From Octopus sinensis (Eukaryota), in contig NC_043003.1 of the NCBI RefSeq assembly GCF_006345805.1, positions 40,920,001-40,984,000 on the forward strand: DNA of 64,000 nucleotides, given 5' to 3'. Both the position numbers and the translations under genes were made by a program. This document shows, in pieces, positions 23,946 through 37,135 of the stretch (the first letter of the stretch is position 1; each line of letters begins with the position of its first letter). The notes under the pieces were generated by a model. The model made no database searches. It saw only the letters and a list, made by a program, of their open reading frames with translations, and was not told where the DNA came from.

Positions 23946-26315
23946 CAACTGCTTTCCAGTTGGTAATATTGATGTTGCAGGCATTCATGTCCCTTTTGCA
24001 AACATCCTTGTATCGTAAGAACAGTCTTCTCACAGACATAGTGCCCCTAACAAGCTCTCCGTAGATTATGTCCTTGTGGATTCTGCTATCTTCTATACGG
24101 CTAACATGTCCAAGCCATCTCACGTTTTTTGTGTGAGGAGTGCAAACATGCTTGGTATTCCTGCTTGCTTGAGGACATCTTTGTTGGGGACATGATTCTG
24201 CCATTTGATGCGAATGATTTTCCGGTGGCAGCGCAGGTGAAAGATATTTAGGCGACGCTCTTGGCGTGTGTATGGCGTCCAAGTCTCACTTCCATACAGT
24301 AGAGTGCTAAGTACACATGCCTGGTAAATCTTCATTTTTGTGGTCATGGTCAGCTTATTTTTGTCCCATGCCCATTTGGAGAGTTGGGCCATCACAGTGT
24401 ATATTGAGCTCAGCATCAAGCGATAGGTTGTAGGTGACGGTAGAGCCAAAATAGGTAAACGTCTCCACCTCCTGTAGTCCGTGGTCTCCAATATGTATGT
24501 TTGGGATGTCTGATGTAGCCCGACCCATGATATTGGTCTTCTTGAGGCTGATAAGTAAGCCAAAGTCGCTACATGCTTGCTCAAAACAGTTGATGAGCCT
24601 TTGTAGGGCTTCTTCTGTGTGTGATACCAGAGCGGCATCATCAGCAAATAGCATCTCCTTGATCAGGAGTCTTCTGACTTTGGTCTTGGCACGCAGACGC
24701 GAGAGATTGAACAGTTTTCCGTCAATTCTACTGTGCAGAAACACTCCATCATCTGATGTCTCAATGGCTTGTGACAGCAGCAGCGAGAAAAAGATGCCAA
24801 ATAATGTAGGAGCAAGGACACAACCTTGCTTTACCCCGTTTTTAATTTGGAAAGCGGCTGATGTTGAATCATTCTGCTGTATTGTGCCTTGCATATCATC
24901 ATGGAAATATTTGATGATCCGCAGCAGCTTTGGTGGACATCCGAATTTTTGGAGCAGGATGAAGAGGCCTTTTCTACTTAGCAAGTCAAAGCCTTTGTCC
25001 GATCAATGAAGGCCATATATAAAGGCATTTTCTGATCTCTGGACTTCTCCTGAAGCTGGCGTATGGAAGAATATCATGTCAATAGTTGATCTGCTTCTTC
25101 TAAAGCCACACTGCGATTCTGGTTAAATTCGAGAAGCAAGCAATTGTTGTCTAGACAGAATAACGCGAGGAAAGGTCTTTCCAATAGTAATTGTTACAAT
25201 AGTAATTGTTACAATCACCACGGTCAGATTTCCTTTTGTAAAGCGTAATGATGTTAGCATTCCGCATATCCTGAGGGACTGTACCCTCTTCCCAGCACTG
25301 ACACAGAAGCTCATGAATGTGCCGAAGCAGGATGGTGTTTTTGCCGGTTTTGATGATCTCTAAGGGGATGCTGTCTTTTCCCGGAGCTTTGTTACTTGCT
25401 AGGGAGTCAATAGCCTTGATGAGCTCTGCTATAGATGGCAGACTGTCAAGTTGGCACATGACTGGCAAGAACTTGACACCCTCGATTGCAGCCGTAGTCT
25501 CCCGTGAGTAGAGATCCTGATAGAACTCCACCCATCTATCCATTTGCTTGCTTTGGTCCTTGATGAGATCTCCAGTAGTTGATTTCAGAGGGGCTGACTT
25601 GGTTGCGGATAGACCGAGGGCCTTCTTCAAACCGGCGTACATTCCACGGGTGTCGCCACTGTCAGCAGCTGACTGAAAACTCTGACAGATTTCCTGCCAA
25701 TACCTATTTGCACAGCGTCTGACAGTGAGTTGGGTTTTATTTCTTGCCTTTCTGAGGTCTTCGAGTGACTTTGTAGAAGAATCACTCTTTTATTGCATCA
25801 GAGCTGAAGGTTTTGCTTCAATAACTGTTTCCAGCTCTGAGAGCCCAACACTGAACCTACCTGGGTTTTGCCTTTCTATAATGCCGAAAGTATCTATTGA
25901 TGTGGTATACAAAGCTTCCCTGATACAATTCCACCTACTTTCAGCAGATGAGGTTGGGCAGCTACTGAGGGAAACCTTGATAGAAACAGCAAAACATTTT
26001 CGCACTGTAGGGTCCGAGGTTCTGTCAGTGTTAATGCGTGGTCTTAGGCAGAATCCACACCCTGCTTCTTATTAGTGAATGATCTGTGTTACAATCCATG
26101 CTGTGGTAACTACGGGTCAGTTGAACATATTTCAGAAAGGATCTTCGTGTACTGATGAGGTCCAGCTGATGCCAGTGGTGATAACTTGGATGTCTCCAAG
26201 ATGCTTTGTGAGATGTCTTGTTGGCAAAGAATGTATTGGTGATGCACAGGTCACGGTATGTGCAAAATTCAAGTAGTCTCTGACCATTGTCATTCATGTT
26301 GCAATACCAAAACAC
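23946..26315 (-). mobile_element. RTE (BovB-like) LINE, truncated at both ends and frameshifted
   Basis: APE end NDNGQRLLEFC...WHQLDL...DCNTDHSL; NKAPGKDSIP; RT GVKQGCVLAPTLF and MLFADDAAL; YQACVLSTLLYGSETW; WLGHVSRI. Confidence 0.92.
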
Positions 26316-26339
26316 ATAAGCCTGGTACGTATTCTATTA

Positions 26340-26620
26340 GTTTCTTCTTGTGAAACCAGTAAGTTATAGGGATGTAAATAAACGAACACCAGTTGTGAAC
26401 CAGTGATGATGGAGAAAAACAAAGACACACAGATAGACCTACATATATAGATACATACAATTGATTTATTTCAGTTTCTGTTTACAAAATCCACTGACAA
26501 GGCTTTGGTTGGTCAGGGGCTTTAGCAGAAGACACATGCCAAGTTACCACACAGTGGGACTGAACTGAGGACCATGTGTTTTGGAACCAAGTTTGTTACC
26601 CCACAGTCACACCTGCGCAT
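26340..26620 (-). mobile_element. SINE family A, 5' half
   Basis: Reverse complement of the GCGCAGGTGTGACTGTGGGGTAA head and CORE-like segment. Confidence 0.7.
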
Positions 26621-26710
26621 ATGTATGTGTGTGTGTGTGTGTGTTTGTGTGTAAGTGTGTATGGGTGTATATATATGTGCATGTATATATGTGTACATAT
26701 TACATGTACA

Positions 26711-26745
<35 letters not shown>

Positions 26746-26862
26746 AGACATACATGTATACATATGTATATCTATAGAAATATATCTAGACGTATACATG
26801 TATGCATTATATCTATATATATACATACATATATCTATATATATATATATATATATATATCT

Positions 26863-27178
26863 AACAATTTAGAATGGCCTAAACAGGCCATTCGTCCACC
26901 AAAGACGCCAGAACTCCAACCGCCAAGTAGTGTAATTCGAAATAGGTGAAAATTTAAAAACATTTACCCTAATTCATGATTAGGTAAAGTTTTTAATTTT
27001 CACCTTATTTCCGAATACATACTTGGCGGTGGATTCTGGCTGCTTCTTTCTGTGGACGAATGGCCTGTTTAGGCCATTCCTAATTGTTATATTTATACAT
27101 ATTTAGTCTTTGACTATTTTCTCTTTTCCATCAGGCCTCTGGTAGCGATAAATTTTTACTGAATTTTTTGCTACCCTA
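26863..27178 (+). mobile_element. Foldback element with ~90-bp tail, relative of the 36.3-38.2 kb array
   Basis: Arms 26863-26975 and 26978-27088. The tail to 27178 is homologous to the array end (TAGGGTAGCAAAAA versus TAGGGTGGCAAAAA). Flanked by TA repeats. Confidence 0.7.
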
Positions 27179-27182
27179 ATTG

Positions 27183-27233
<51 letters not shown>

Positions 27234-27339
27234 TATGTATATATATGTAAATGTATATATATATATATAATATATATATCTATATATGCACACATTTATA
27301 TACATCCATATACATACAATAGAGAGACGTTTTTTGTTT

Positions 27340-27552
27340 CACCTTTACACGTAATACTGAAATAGTGAGAGGATATAATATTGCTATGGCTCGCTCTAGG
27401 CAAGAAGTTAAATTCTTTTGCCCATGACACTCCATGGACTCTAAGTAAGGCATGTATAAAATTTGAATGAAATTGGCTGTGTAGTTCTCAAGTTTTAAGG
27501 ATTCACACAGACAAACCGACAGACAGACACACATTCTCAGTTTATATTATTA
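27340..27552 (+). mobile_element. Helitron-like 3' fragment
   Basis: AAAATTTGAATGAAATTGG...GACAGACAGACACACATTCTCAGTTTATATTAT terminus. Confidence 0.45.
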
Positions 27553-27623
27553 TACAAACGTGTATATATATTTATACATATACACACACACACACACCAT
27601 ACATACATACATACATATATATA

Positions 27624-27657
<34 letters not shown>

Positions 27658-28481
27658 AGTGTGGTGTGTGTGTGTGTGTTTGTGTGTGTATGAGTGTGTG
27701 CGCGTGTGCATGTTTACGCGTGCGTGTGTGCTCGTCTACGCGTACGCGCGCACATACATATATTATGCTTATTGTTATTTATCGTGGCACCTCTCATTCA
27801 ATATTTAGGAGTTCAATTCTGTTCGAGAGCGAGTTTTATAGTCGGATGTTCCATTGACAAATCACGTGTCACTTTAAACAACAACAACGCTGCGCAATAA
27901 AAGTTTAAGGAAATCGCAAATCCGACATTTTTAATTGCAACTAAACAGTCTAGCTCATTTATTACTCGTCCTTATATCCCCACTCTGTCTTTTTTTTTTT
28001 TTTTTGCTTTGATTCTAAAGTTATTGTATTTCGTAGCGGGATGGAGGTGTACTTTTCTTGTATTTGCATTTTTTAATTTTATTTTAAGATAGCAGACAAT
28101 AGATCGCTTTTTGTTTTCTTGTTACATTTCTTCATTTCACAGTTTATTTACTCTGCTTTTTCCTTCATCGAGTTTTCATTCGTTCATTTATCTATTCGTA
28201 ATTTTCGTTCATTCACTACTGGGATGAAGAAGGAGAAGATGCTTGCGTATGGCAACAACTATGATATAAAAAAAAAACAAGTGTGAAAGAAAAACTTATC
28301 TAATATTTATGAACGACGTACAGCAACAACACAAATACAATCTTCAACTATGAAAAATAAAAAAAAAATTAAAAAGAAATAAAATGGTAGAAGATTCACG
28401 AACGGAAACATTAGAAAGCGCCACACATATTGTCCATTAAGTCCATACATGTGTGTCTGTGTGACTGCGTACGCGTGCGTA

Positions 28482-28541
<60 letters not shown>

Positions 28542-28661
28542 GACCTAACCATACATACATTTACATACACGGGCACACTGATACACACACACACTCACAC
28601 ACACATATATATATATACACATACGCATACATATACACAAAAACACATATATGTATGTATA

Positions 28662-28707
<46 letters not shown>

Positions 28708-28792
28708 CGTATATATGTATATATAAATGTATATATGTGTGTATATATATATGTATTATATATATATGTATATCTGTATATAAAAATAAGGT

Positions 28793-28877
<85 letters not shown>

Positions 28878-28974
28878 ATATATATGTACGTACATATGCA
28901 TATACACACATATATTTGTGCATGAATGCGTGTATACACACATATATATATATACATGCATATATACATATATA

Positions 28975-29792
28975 CGGGCAGTAAGTCAATCAGAACTACC
29001 GTGACCTCCTGTACCAGATTGAGTGACCTCCTGCGTACCAAACACATTGCTTGACGTTTAGGAATATCAGAATGTGAGAATTCGAAGCTGATTTTTTGGA
29101 ATATATTTCATTCATTATAGTTAGTGTTAAAGTTACGTTCAGATTTATGTATGTTTGTATATAGCAGCACTCTAGCTTAGAAGTTCTTACCTGGAATCTA
29201 TGATGTATGTTCTGTTGCTTCTTATCCTCTCTTCAGCAGTCCTTATTTTCGGTTCTTGATCATATTGAACTGCTTTAAGAAAGAAGGATCAAACGTCCTA
29301 GTCGTAGGTTCATAATGACAGGCTCCCAGATTCCTCGGTGTAGATATTACTCCACCCAGAATGGGACTTCAGTCCGTCGACGGAGTACTCAAATTTTACA
29401 ACCGCGTGGATACAGCAACGTGAATCGAAATATATTGCGCAGGAACGCATCTCATATACAAACGTACATGCATGCGTGTATATATATATGTGTGTGTGTG
29501 TGTATAGTTTCTATATGAAATTCCACCATCGTCGACATAAAAAGTGTTGTGGCACCACTAACTGATCTGAGTTTCCTTACCAACATCATAAATATATGCC
29601 CAAATTTCGCCCCCAGACCTGGTCGAAAGGCCAAAAGTGGTTCTTTCAAATGCTCCCATATTTCTTTACTTCAAATTGAGTATCGTGCTGATAACTTTAA
29701 TTACGTTTATCGATACTTTTTGGCTACTTTCCGCAATGTATGGTGACCACAGTCAAATATGAACGAGTGTGCACGCACACACGCACACACAC

Positions 29793-29851
<59 letters not shown>

Positions 29852-30286
29852 GCATATGCATACACACCTGTTGATATTTGACTGCGGTCGCCATACATTG
29901 CAGAAAGTAGTAAAAAACTAAGTAAAACTAAATATCGAAAAACATAATTAAAGTGGGGCCCTCAGCACTTCATACTCAATTTGAAAAATAGAAATGTGGG
30001 AACAATTGAAGGAAACACCTTATTGCTTTCGACCAGGGTAGGTGTGAAATTTGGGCATATATTCATGATGTTGGTAAGGCGACTCAGACCATTCAGTGGT
30101 GTCACAACACTTGTTAGTTTCGAAAAAGGTGGAATTTAACATAGAAACTATGCTGAAAAAAAAAAAAAATCAGCTTCGCATTCTCACAATCTGATATTCT
30201 TAAACGTCAAGCAATGTGTTTGCTACGTAGAAGGTCACTCAATCTGGTACATGAGGTCACGGTAGTTCTGATTGACATATTGCCTG
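28975..30286. mobile_element. Mariner-derived foldback element made of two 5' ends
   Basis: The right arm (29866-30286) pairs with the left arm (28975-29100 plus 29495-29770). Each arm encodes QIEY(R)...MYGD, like a mariner HTH. The centre is a CA microsatellite. Confidence 0.65.
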
Positions 30287-30832
30287 AATATTTGTATAGA
30301 GGAAGATCGACTCTACAAAGATGTACAATATAGACGACATATGTCAGTTCATAAAAAAGGCTTTGTCAATGTATGCAAACTATTCAGTACAACTTCCTTC
30401 GTTTTTTGACTGGGACCAGGAGCGAAAATATTTTTTGGTGGTGTATATGGGCTGGGCACTCTGAGGTAAGAATTTCTAAGATAGGCTAGAGTAATGCTTT
30501 TTCAGATAAGTAATTTCTTATATTAGAAGAGTTACCTATATAATTTGAAAATTCAGAGGGAAAACATGGATGAAAAAGGAAGAATAGTCAGCAATGTTTA
30601 TTGGAAATCATAGGAAAATGTATAAAATTTTATAAGAAACATTAGAATACTTCAATAAATGGCTCCATTGGTTGCACGAAACGTATCAAGACGATGCTCA
30701 ATTCCCATTGTATAGACTATTCATGAGCATCCTGCAATTTCGCATATATATAACATACACACACACGTATATATATGCATGTTTATATATATACATACAC
30801 ATTCACACAAACATAGTAAAAATTTTAATTAT

Positions 30833-30904
30833 TAGCAGAGCGTAGTTTCGATCTACGGACCTCTGGGTTATGGGCCCAGCACGCTTCCACTGCGCCACTC
30901 TGCT
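30833..30904 (-). tRNA. tRNA-iMet-CAT: Initiator tRNA-Met (CAT), intact
   Basis: Exact reverse complement of 10504-10575. T5 terminator ~10 nt downstream. Confidence 0.97.
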
Positions 30905-31225
30905 CAACAGGTTTTGGCTTTGGAATATACTCTGTTATTGTTTCTTGTAAGAGCGCTAGTATTGCATCATCCATTCCTTCTCCATAATTTTGCGTTGTAT
31001 ATTGAATCGTACGATTGCCGCAAATAGAAATGTAACACAAAACGTGCTTTATGTTATAAAACATGTTATAAAGTTTATAACATTGAAATGTTAATGTAAC
31101 GAAATGACGTTTTACTGCACTGATTCTCTGATATTCTCACCTGGTAGTCGACCGATGTCTTCGTAAGATATCAAAACAATTGTATTCTAGGACTCTTTTC
31201 ATTTCTTCAATATTAGGGAAGTTTG

Positions 31226-31410
31226 GAGGCGACGAGCCTGCAGAATCGTTGTCACACACGTTCTAAGTTTAAATTCCACCGAGGTCGACTTCACCTTTCA
31301 TCATTTCGGGGTCGATAAAAGAAGTACCAACTGAGCACTGGGGTGGATATAATCGGCTTATGCTCCTTTCTCGAAGTTGCTGGCCTTGTGCCATAATTTG
31401 AAACCAGCGT
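31226..31410 (+). mobile_element. SINE family B
   Basis: GGCGACGAGCCTGCAGAATCG head with an internal deletion; GAGGTCGACTTCACCTTTCATC domain. Confidence 0.75.
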
Positions 31411-31420
31411 CAGGGAAACT

Positions 31421-31820
31421 TAAGGCGGCGAGCTGGCAAAATGCTTAGCAGGGCAAAATGCTTAGCAGGGCAAAATGCTTAGCAGCGTTTCGTCTGCTTT
31501 TATGTTCGGAGTTCAAATGCCGCCGTAGTCGACTTTGATTTTCATCCTTTCGGGGTCGATAATAAAGTACCTGTTAAGCACTTGGGTCAATGTACCGTAT
31601 TTTAACGTGTATAAGGATCCCCGCCCCAATTTATTAGGCTTAAAATTTGCAAAAAAGGTTTTGTAAGGGATTATAATACTATCTATGTATAAGAAACTCT
31701 CATATTTTTTTAGCCTAATTTTTGACAAAAAAGGGTTCTTTATACACATTATAATACGGTAATCGACTTACCCCTCTCTCCCGAAACTTCTGGCATTGTG
31801 CCAAAAGTTGAATACAATAT
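31421..31820 (+). mobile_element. SINE family B interrupted by a MITE
   Basis: AAGGCGGCGAGCTGGC head and AAAATGCTTAGCAGGGC x3. The sequence resumes as TAATCGACTTA after 31759. Confidence 0.8.
31595..31759. mobile_element. Tc1/mariner-superfamily (Tc2/pogo-type) MITE
   Basis: CCGTATTTTAACGTGTATAA / TTATACACATTATAATACGG TIRs. The TA TSD is confirmed because the host SINE reads GATGTA|ATCGAC. Confidence 0.75.
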
Positions 31821-32582
31821 TAGGGAAGCTGTTACTGTACAGCTTCAATTTAATCTCTATAGCTCGTAGAGGAGGCGTGATTGGTTATTAGTATATATAC
31901 ATACATAGACATAGAGGGTAAAGGGCTATAAATCAATAAATAAAGAGTCAATAGTAATTAAAGTTTGATAATTTTGGTAATTTTAGTCAATCGTAAGCCA
32001 CAAACATATACATGCTTTTTCTCTTTTAAATTAGAATAGATATTTATTTACATGAAGGAAAATTACGGGAGAACTTCGCTGCTGAAAATAATAGCTAAAT
32101 AAGATTTATTTACGTGAAAGAAAATTACTGGAGATATAACATGTGTTGTTTACAAATATTGACAACATGTGGTTTTTTGTCACGCAGAAAATGACAGCTC
32201 CCAAATCCTGTTTCCTGACTGGGTGAAAATGATCAAACTTTAAACCTCTATAACTTTTTTAAAACATTTTTCTGGAAAAAATGAAATAAATCCTGCAATT
32301 CTGTTTGGGCAAGTATATTATTGTGCCAACGTCGGAGTAACCAGTGAACATTGAAGGATCAACACCAAGTAGGAAAAAATATTATTTCCATATATTTATT
32401 CGCTTGCCCGACAGGTAGTAAGAGGACGGAGAAGATGCTGTCTGCCAGTAGAAGGGGAAAGAGTAAGGAATGCACGGTTCTGGCAAGAAAGGAATAATGG
32501 ACAAAAGTGGCTCTGCTCTGATTGGCTGTATGCAAATGGAGTTAATACTGGGATCCGGAACTCTCGAGGGAATAAAACTTCG

Positions 32583-32690
32583 CGTCCCGGATAACATTTC
32601 ACGGTGTCCCCGATAATATTTCATGGGGTCCCGGATAACATTTCACAGAGTCCCGGATAATATTTCACGGGGTCCCGGATAACATTTCAC
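32583..32690 (+). repeat. 22-bp tandem repeat x5
   Basis: GTCCCGGATAAYATTTCACGGG units. Confidence 0.85.
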
Positions 32691-32904
32691 TGTTTCGTTA
32701 TTCATGGTAAAACTCTAACGATCTACAGATGATTGGTGATTTTTTATAGATTTGATTTACCCTCAGTAGCTTTATGAAAATGTATGGATGTAAATGAAAA
32801 TCTATCTATATATATATATATATACAAAGACAACCAATCAAGTGGTTGCATCGGTTTAAGTGACTAACACTCTTTATTTGGAATAAGTATATTTATTCCA
32901 AATT

Positions 32905-33063
32905 ATGTAGTTGTGAGGTAAGAAGCTTGCTTCCCAGCACATGGTTACGGGTTCAGTCCCACTGCGTGGCACACAGGGCAAGTGTTTTCTACTATAGCCT
33001 CGTACCAACCAAAGCCTTGTGAGTGGATTTGGTAGACGGAAACTGAAAAAAGCCTGTCGCATA

Positions 33064-33096
<33 letters not shown>

Positions 33097-33298
33097 TTGT
33101 CTCCCCGGCATCGCTTGACAACCGATGTTGGTGTGTTTATGCCCTTGTAATATAGCAGTTCGGCAAAGAAATCGATAGAATAAGTACTAGGTTTACAAAG
33201 AAGAAATCCTGAGGTCGCTTTCTTCGACTAAAACCCCTTAAGGTGATGCTCTAGCATGGCCCCAGTCAAATGATAGAAGCCGGTAAAAGAGCAAAAGC
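32905..33298 (+). mobile_element. SINE family A
   Basis: Colinear with 20092-20503. Confidence 0.85.
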
Positions 33299-34018
33299 AT
33301 ATTTAACAAAAAGTTAGTCTACGTATGAATCAAGGGTACACCATACAACAACGGAAATGATTGAAATTATAGAGGTACCGCCACAGTGCTTCAGTGCTAG
33401 TTACACTGAAATGATAAATAATTTTTTCATTTAAGTATTCGTGTGTATATGTATGGTGTAGTTATTCATTTCAGCAATGAAAAGCACTCTACCTGTAAAC
33501 AAGTACCGGAGCAGTGGTGTAGTTTGTTGTTAAATAATAAATACGGAAGTGATGAGAGAATTGACCAACCTGTAGTGATAAAACAGTGATGGTAAATAGC
33601 GTCCCCTACACAATGGCATAGCACACCTATACACCATTATACCGTTGATGTCACAGTGATGGTATTTATCTATCTAAATAGGACCCATGTTAACGATTAA
33701 ATATAGCATGAATTGCTGTGAGCGATGTTGAATTGATAAATGGCTTCGTCATTGCAGTCCTGATCGCAATCTTCCTGATGAAAATGAGAGCAAAAAAGAA
33801 AAAAAATTCTAATAGACTTATTTTACACGTGCAAAGCATGGTGAAAATGAAGTAATGAGAAATAAAATATGATAGAATTGCTGTCGACTTCGACAGAACT
33901 TTTATTTATTATGCATGTAAATGTGGGGTATATTTGTGAATGACAATTCAGTAACGATGCGTAATACATACACATACATATATTATATATATATATATTA
34001 TATATATATATATATATC

Positions 34019-34069
<51 letters not shown>

Positions 34070-34084
34070 GATGAACAATATAAA

Positions 34085-34155
34085 TAGATTTAGTTGATTC
34101 GATCTACGTACCCCTGGGTTACGAGCCCAACACCTTTCCAATGCGTCACTCTGCT
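34085..34155 (-). pseudogene. tRNA-iMet pseudogene (anticodon position reads CGT)
   Basis: AGCAGAGTGACGCATTGGAAAGGTGTTGGGCTCGTAACCCAGGGGTACGTAGATCGAATC; the 3' acceptor strand is destroyed. The upstream flank is homologous to that of 10504. Confidence 0.85.
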
Positions 34156-34854
34156 GACTGGTAACGCTTGTTGCTGTATATTGTGTTATTTCTTACATTG
34201 ACTGTTCTGGTTCATATTGCCACGGTTGCATCATCCATTATGAATAATTTATTCCATGTATTGGACTCTCTTAAATGTAAGAAAAATATAAACTACATAA
34301 TGCATTGAATTGGTAATTTGTTTAGGCTCGCTATGTTCTGCTTTCATTTCGGAACAAGGTCAAGGTTACCTTTCCTCCTTCAGGTTCATTAAGTAAAGAA
34401 CCAGTCAAGTGGTTGCATCGATGTAATCGATTAATCCGCTTCCACCAAAATTGCTGACCTCTCACCTAAATCACAAGTCCTTATTTATCAAATCATCGGT
34501 CAATCCTAACTTTTTGTTTTATGGTACCTTTTTGTCTCTTATATTACTTTCTCAAGTCAAATCACATCAGTGAGATCCTCACCAGCGATTATTACATTAT
34601 GTCTACGTAAGTTAAACTTACACTTAACCATCTCTCACTTAAAGACTGGACACTTGGAACCGATTCAATCTTTCAGGCGATATATTCCTATATTTCTAAG
34701 TCAGCAAACTGCCAGTATCGTATTTCGTCAGATAATACATTTATTTGCTCTCTGCGTGTAGTAACAAATAAAATTCTTACCTTTACGTATACATACTGTG
34801 TAAATTTTGTGTAAATATAAATCAATATAAAACTATCAAAAAGTAGCATTTTCT

Positions 34855-34926
34855 TGGTAGAGGTTAGTTTCGATCTACAGGTTACTAGGTTTTGCGCCCA
34901 GCATGCTTCCAATGTGTTACTGTGCT
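34855..34926 (-). pseudogene. tRNA-iMet pseudogene (anticodon position reads CAA)
   Basis: AGCACAGTAACACATTGGAAGCATGCTGGGCGCAAAACCTAGTAACCTGTAGATCGAAACTAACCTCTACCA: 72 nt, colinear, with many stem mismatches. Confidence 0.8.
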
Positions 34927-36009
34927 CAATGAGCAGAGTAAAGGAATAATAAAGAAAGAAATAACTTATAAATTCAGCATAATGGACTGATTTATGCTAT
35001 ATTTAATATATGCCATATTTAATCGTTAACATGGGTCCTATTCAGATAGATAAATATCATCACTGTGATATCAACAGTATAATGGTGTATAGGTGTGCAA
35101 TTTGCTGTACTTTACCGTTGATCTGGTACCATTTTAACCAGGTAAGTGGCATCCCTGAGATTTTATTGTGCCTCAAAATAAAAAAGGTACTCTTGGCGGT
35201 GACGAGTACGAAACATTCTATATACGGCTCTAACGACTCTGATAATTCGCTGTCTTAAGTTTTTATTGTTTGATTTTAGTTTAAACTTCCGCATATATCT
35301 GCGAGAAAAAGCTAATGAGCTAGGCGTTTCAAAGCTGTTATATTTCTAAGGATTAAGGAGTGGAGGCACATGTGGCTCGATAACAATAGAAGAATTTATT
35401 GGTTTGGAAGGGAAATCAAGATGTCTGTAGGAGAAAAGTTGATTGGGCTGGACATAAATGCAAATTAGACTGTTAGTGCTCAGAAGAAATAAAACAAAGG
35501 ATTTTGAGGATAGAAGAATAAAAGAGAAGAAATATTATCTGGTGTACCCCTAAAAAAGATTACAAACCAATACGCAGTCAAGTATTTCAAAATCAACAGG
35601 TCTGGTCATGACATGTGGAAAAAGCCAGAAACTTGAACAATGGAGTTTGCTCTGGTAGTATCTACACGGAGGCTACTTTTGGGGTCTAAAAAATTTCATG
35701 GCTTGAGCTGAAGACGAAAGTGGAACTTAATGGATGCAATCTAAACATGTCTAATATCGTTGCTCAACGCACGGTAGGCATTACTAACCAGTGCTTTTGT
35801 ATTGAAAATATACCATATCAGATGTTATATGTAGGAGATTTCTGCACGCAAATAGAAGATTAAGACCAATGCTCTTGTCATCAGAGGGATACGAAAAAAA
35901 CAACAAAAAAAACTGAGCACATACTCTTGCTTAGAGGGAACATCTACGATACTATCGCTTCAAAATGTTACTCTTCGTGGGTACATGTATGTATATATGT
36001 ATGTATGTA

Positions 36010-36083
<74 letters not shown>

Positions 36084-36239
36084 ATATATATATACATCCA
36101 TCCGTACATACATACATTCATCCATACATACGTTCATGTATACGTATGTAATGGAAACCAGTTTAAAAATATACTTCACAACACTACTACTACTGTTACT
36201 AATAGTGCAATATTGCGCATACATGGATGTATGTGTATG

Positions 36240-36314
<75 letters not shown>

Positions 36315-36540
36315 TTATTAATCTATAGGGGGCAAAAAAAAATTTTGTAGAATTTTTTTGCCACCAGCGGCCTAGTGGGAAAAAATTAAATAGTCATATA
36401 CCATTTTAAAGTTCAACATCACAATCAAGGAACGGCCATAATAGGCCATTCACCCACTAGAAATAACAGCCAAAAGCTTTAACCGCAAAATAACATCATT
36501 CCGTAAACCAGGAGAAAATTTAAAAAACATTTACCCTGTA

Positions 36541-36647
36541 ATTTTCTATACGATGCACCGTTTCGTCTACTGTTTAATGGTAAACTAACCTGATTAAATT
36601 AAATCAAGCCAGTCTACCATAGGCCCTTAGATTCATCAGTAAGAAAT
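36541..36647 (-). ncRNA. Type I hammerhead, monomer 1
   Basis: CTGATGA (36639-36633), long stem II, GAAA, stem III ACGGTGCATCGT, GUA (A at 36549). The 3' strand of stem I differs from the other units. Confidence 0.7.
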
Positions 36648-37028
36648 AGCCAAGTTGGAACAGATATTTTTCACGAAGCATTCTCGACCCTGCCTCGGCA
36701 ATATCTGACCTAAAATTTTCAAATCATCGCACTCGCGCCAAATTTATCGGCAGCAAATAAATATAAGCCGCCGATTCCATTACGGAATTAACCGGAAAAT
36801 TCATAATTAATCAATATAGGGTGGCAAAAAAAATTTTGTAGAATTTTTTTGCCACAGCGGCCTAGTGGGAAAAAATTAAATAGTCATATACCATTTTTAA
36901 GTTCAACATCACAATCAAGGACGGCCATATAGGCATTCACCCACTAGAAATAACAGCCAAAAGCTTTAACCGCAAAATAACATCAATTCCGTAAACCAGG
37001 AGAAAATTTAAAAAACATTTACCCTGTA

Positions 37029-37135
37029 ATTTCTTATACGATGCACCGTTTCGTCTACTGTTTAATGGTAAACTAACCTGATTAAATTAAATCAAGCCAG
37101 TCTACCATAGGCCCTTAGATTCATTAGTAAGAAAT
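37029..37135 (-). ncRNA. Type I hammerhead, monomer 2 (G5A in this assembly)
   Basis: 8-bp stem I ATTTCTTA/TAAGAAAT; the core reads CTAATGA. Confidence 0.6.

Noticed and set aside
35370-35800. Possible LINE RT remnant (EILSGVP)
   Set aside because: Too decayed to support.
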